Origin: Somniosus microcephalus
Lineage: Eukaryota
NCBI GenBank assembly: GCA_052327205.1
Contig: CM126225.1
Location: 10,540,001 to 10,604,000 of the forward strand
Direction of reading: 5' to 3'
DNA: 64,000 nucleotides
Of the stretch, positions 62,849 to 64,000 are shown piece after piece. Below the pieces are notes generated by a model, which made no database searches, was not told the origin of the DNA, and saw only the letters and a program-made list of their open reading frames with translations. The number at the start of each line of letters is the position of its first letter. The stretch's first letter is position 1. A program made the position numbers and the translations under genes.

Positions 62849-63274
62849 TTCCTTCCGTCCGCATGCCCGATACGAGACTCCCAAAACAAGCGCTCTACTT
62901 GGAGCTCTGGCATGGCAAGAGAGCCCCAGGTGGGTAGAGGAAACACTTCAAGGACACCCTCAAAGCCTCCTTGAAAAAGTGCAACATCCCCACGGACACC
63001 TGGGAATCCCTGGCCCAAGACCGCACAAAGTGGAGGAGAAGCGTCCGGAAAGGCGCCAAACACCTGGAGTCTCTTCGCCAGGAGCAAGCGGAAGCCAAGC
63101 GCAGGCAGCGCAAGGAGCGCCCGTCAACCCAAGCACCCCACCCAGCCACCCCTTCAACCACCGTCTGCCCCACCTGTGACAGAGACTGTAGGTCCCGCAT
63201 TGGACTCATCAGTCACCTGCGAACTCATTTTTAATGTGGAAGCAAGTCATCCTCGGTTCCGAGGGGCTGCCTAA
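62849..63274 (+). mobile_element. RTE-clade LINE 3' fragment
   Basis: RMPDTRLPKQALY..KDTLKASLKKCNIPTDTWESLAQDRTKWRRSV..CPTCDRDCRSRIGLISHLRTH (RTE C-terminus with C2H2-like motif), in-frame stop present; ends taagaagag. Confidence 0.85.
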
Positions 63275-63277
63275 GAA

Positions 63278-63466
63278 GAGGAGGAAAGAGAGGTAGTGAG
63301 GCAGAGAGGTTTAGGAAGGGAATTCCAGAAATTAGGGCCCAAGCATCGCTGCCAATGGTGAAGCGATTAAAATCAGGGATGCTCAAGAGGCCAGAATTAG
63401 AGGAGCGCAGATATCTCGGGGGGTTGTGGGGCTGGAGGAGATTACAGAGATAGGGAGGGGCTTTAT
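63278..63466 (-). mobile_element. L2-clade LINE 3' fragment
   Basis: Minus-strand peptide APPYLCNLLQPHNPPRYLRSSNSGLLSIP, typical of the L2 ORF2 C-terminus. Confidence 0.75.
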
Positions 63467-63639
63467 AGAAAATGTGCTTTATAGAAAAAATGTGAGCCTC
63501 AAAAATCTGCATTTTATTTCTGCCAAATGTGATTTTGTGGAATTTTTGAATATATATATATAAAACCTCTGTGCATCTTTAAGTGCCAAATTATATATTT
63601 TTTTCTTCCCTCCTGAGTCACAATATCAGCAATGCTTTA

Positions 63640-63945
63640 CCCTCACTCTTTGCTCCCTTTGTCCTGCTGGCTCTGCCAGCTCCGGTCCTCCAGTATCCCG
63701 GCATGCCCCGCCCCGCCCCGCCGCTTGCCGGGCCCGACCGCACGCAGTGACTGTTCACTTTTCTCTCCAACTTGAGCACATCAACCTAACCTCGCCCCAC
63801 CCACCGGCCTTGACAGACGTCGCGGCGGACCAATGGGAAAGCTGGAGCGGCGGCGGCCGTGCGTCAGCGAGCCAATGGCAGGGGGTGGGGAGGCGGGACC
63901 GCAGACGGGGTGCGCGGTCAGGCAGGCAGAGGCTGGAAGTGGTGA
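63640..63945. promoter_or_regulatory. CpG-rich promoter (GC boxes, two CCAAT boxes) at right edge; target gene not visible
   Basis: Tandem GC boxes (gcccc)n 63705-63724; CCAAT at 63830-63834 and 63872-63876; CRE-like TGCGTCA; ETS-like GGAAGTG near 63935; high CpG density. Confidence 0.7.
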
Positions 63946-64000
63946 ATCTTTTTTATTTTTTTATCCTGTAAAATTCACCGTGTCTGGGCCTGACTGATAA

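Overview
Eukaryotic (vertebrate) genomic DNA, almost certainly from a cartilaginous fish/shark, judged by many SacSINE1/DeuSINE-type SINEs plus CR1, L2, RTE and Penelope-like fragments. The one protein-coding gene I can support is a Polycomb group RING finger gene on the minus strand, best called PCGF2 (MEL-18) although it keeps many BMI1-like residues. Eight coding exons were assembled by hand between 10411 and 132 (648 nt, 216 aa, all GT-AG); the last exon lies off the left edge. Its CpG-island promoter/5' UTR region is at about 18.5-21.4 kb. About 28 kb further upstream is an intact tRNA-Asn(GTT) gene (49073-49146), and a second CpG-rich promoter with two CCAAT boxes sits at the right edge. 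Most ORFs in the supplied track are repeat or microsatellite artefacts. Most interesting observations: (i) four short Penelope-like insertions, three of them fold-back, with 8-16 bp target-site duplications and a minimal hammerhead-ribozyme core in three, one being a perfect 169-bp-arm palindrome; (ii) a 5' YY1-motif/uORF block that resembles the human BMI1 5' UTR as I recall it, suggesting an element older than the BMI1/PCGF2 duplication; (iii) tRNA-Asn linkage to PCGF2/BMI1 as in human; (iv) a near-identical 20-mer RFX X-box at two sites 43 kb apart, and several PBX/MEIS motifs. Cross-species comparisons are from memory and need alignment checks.
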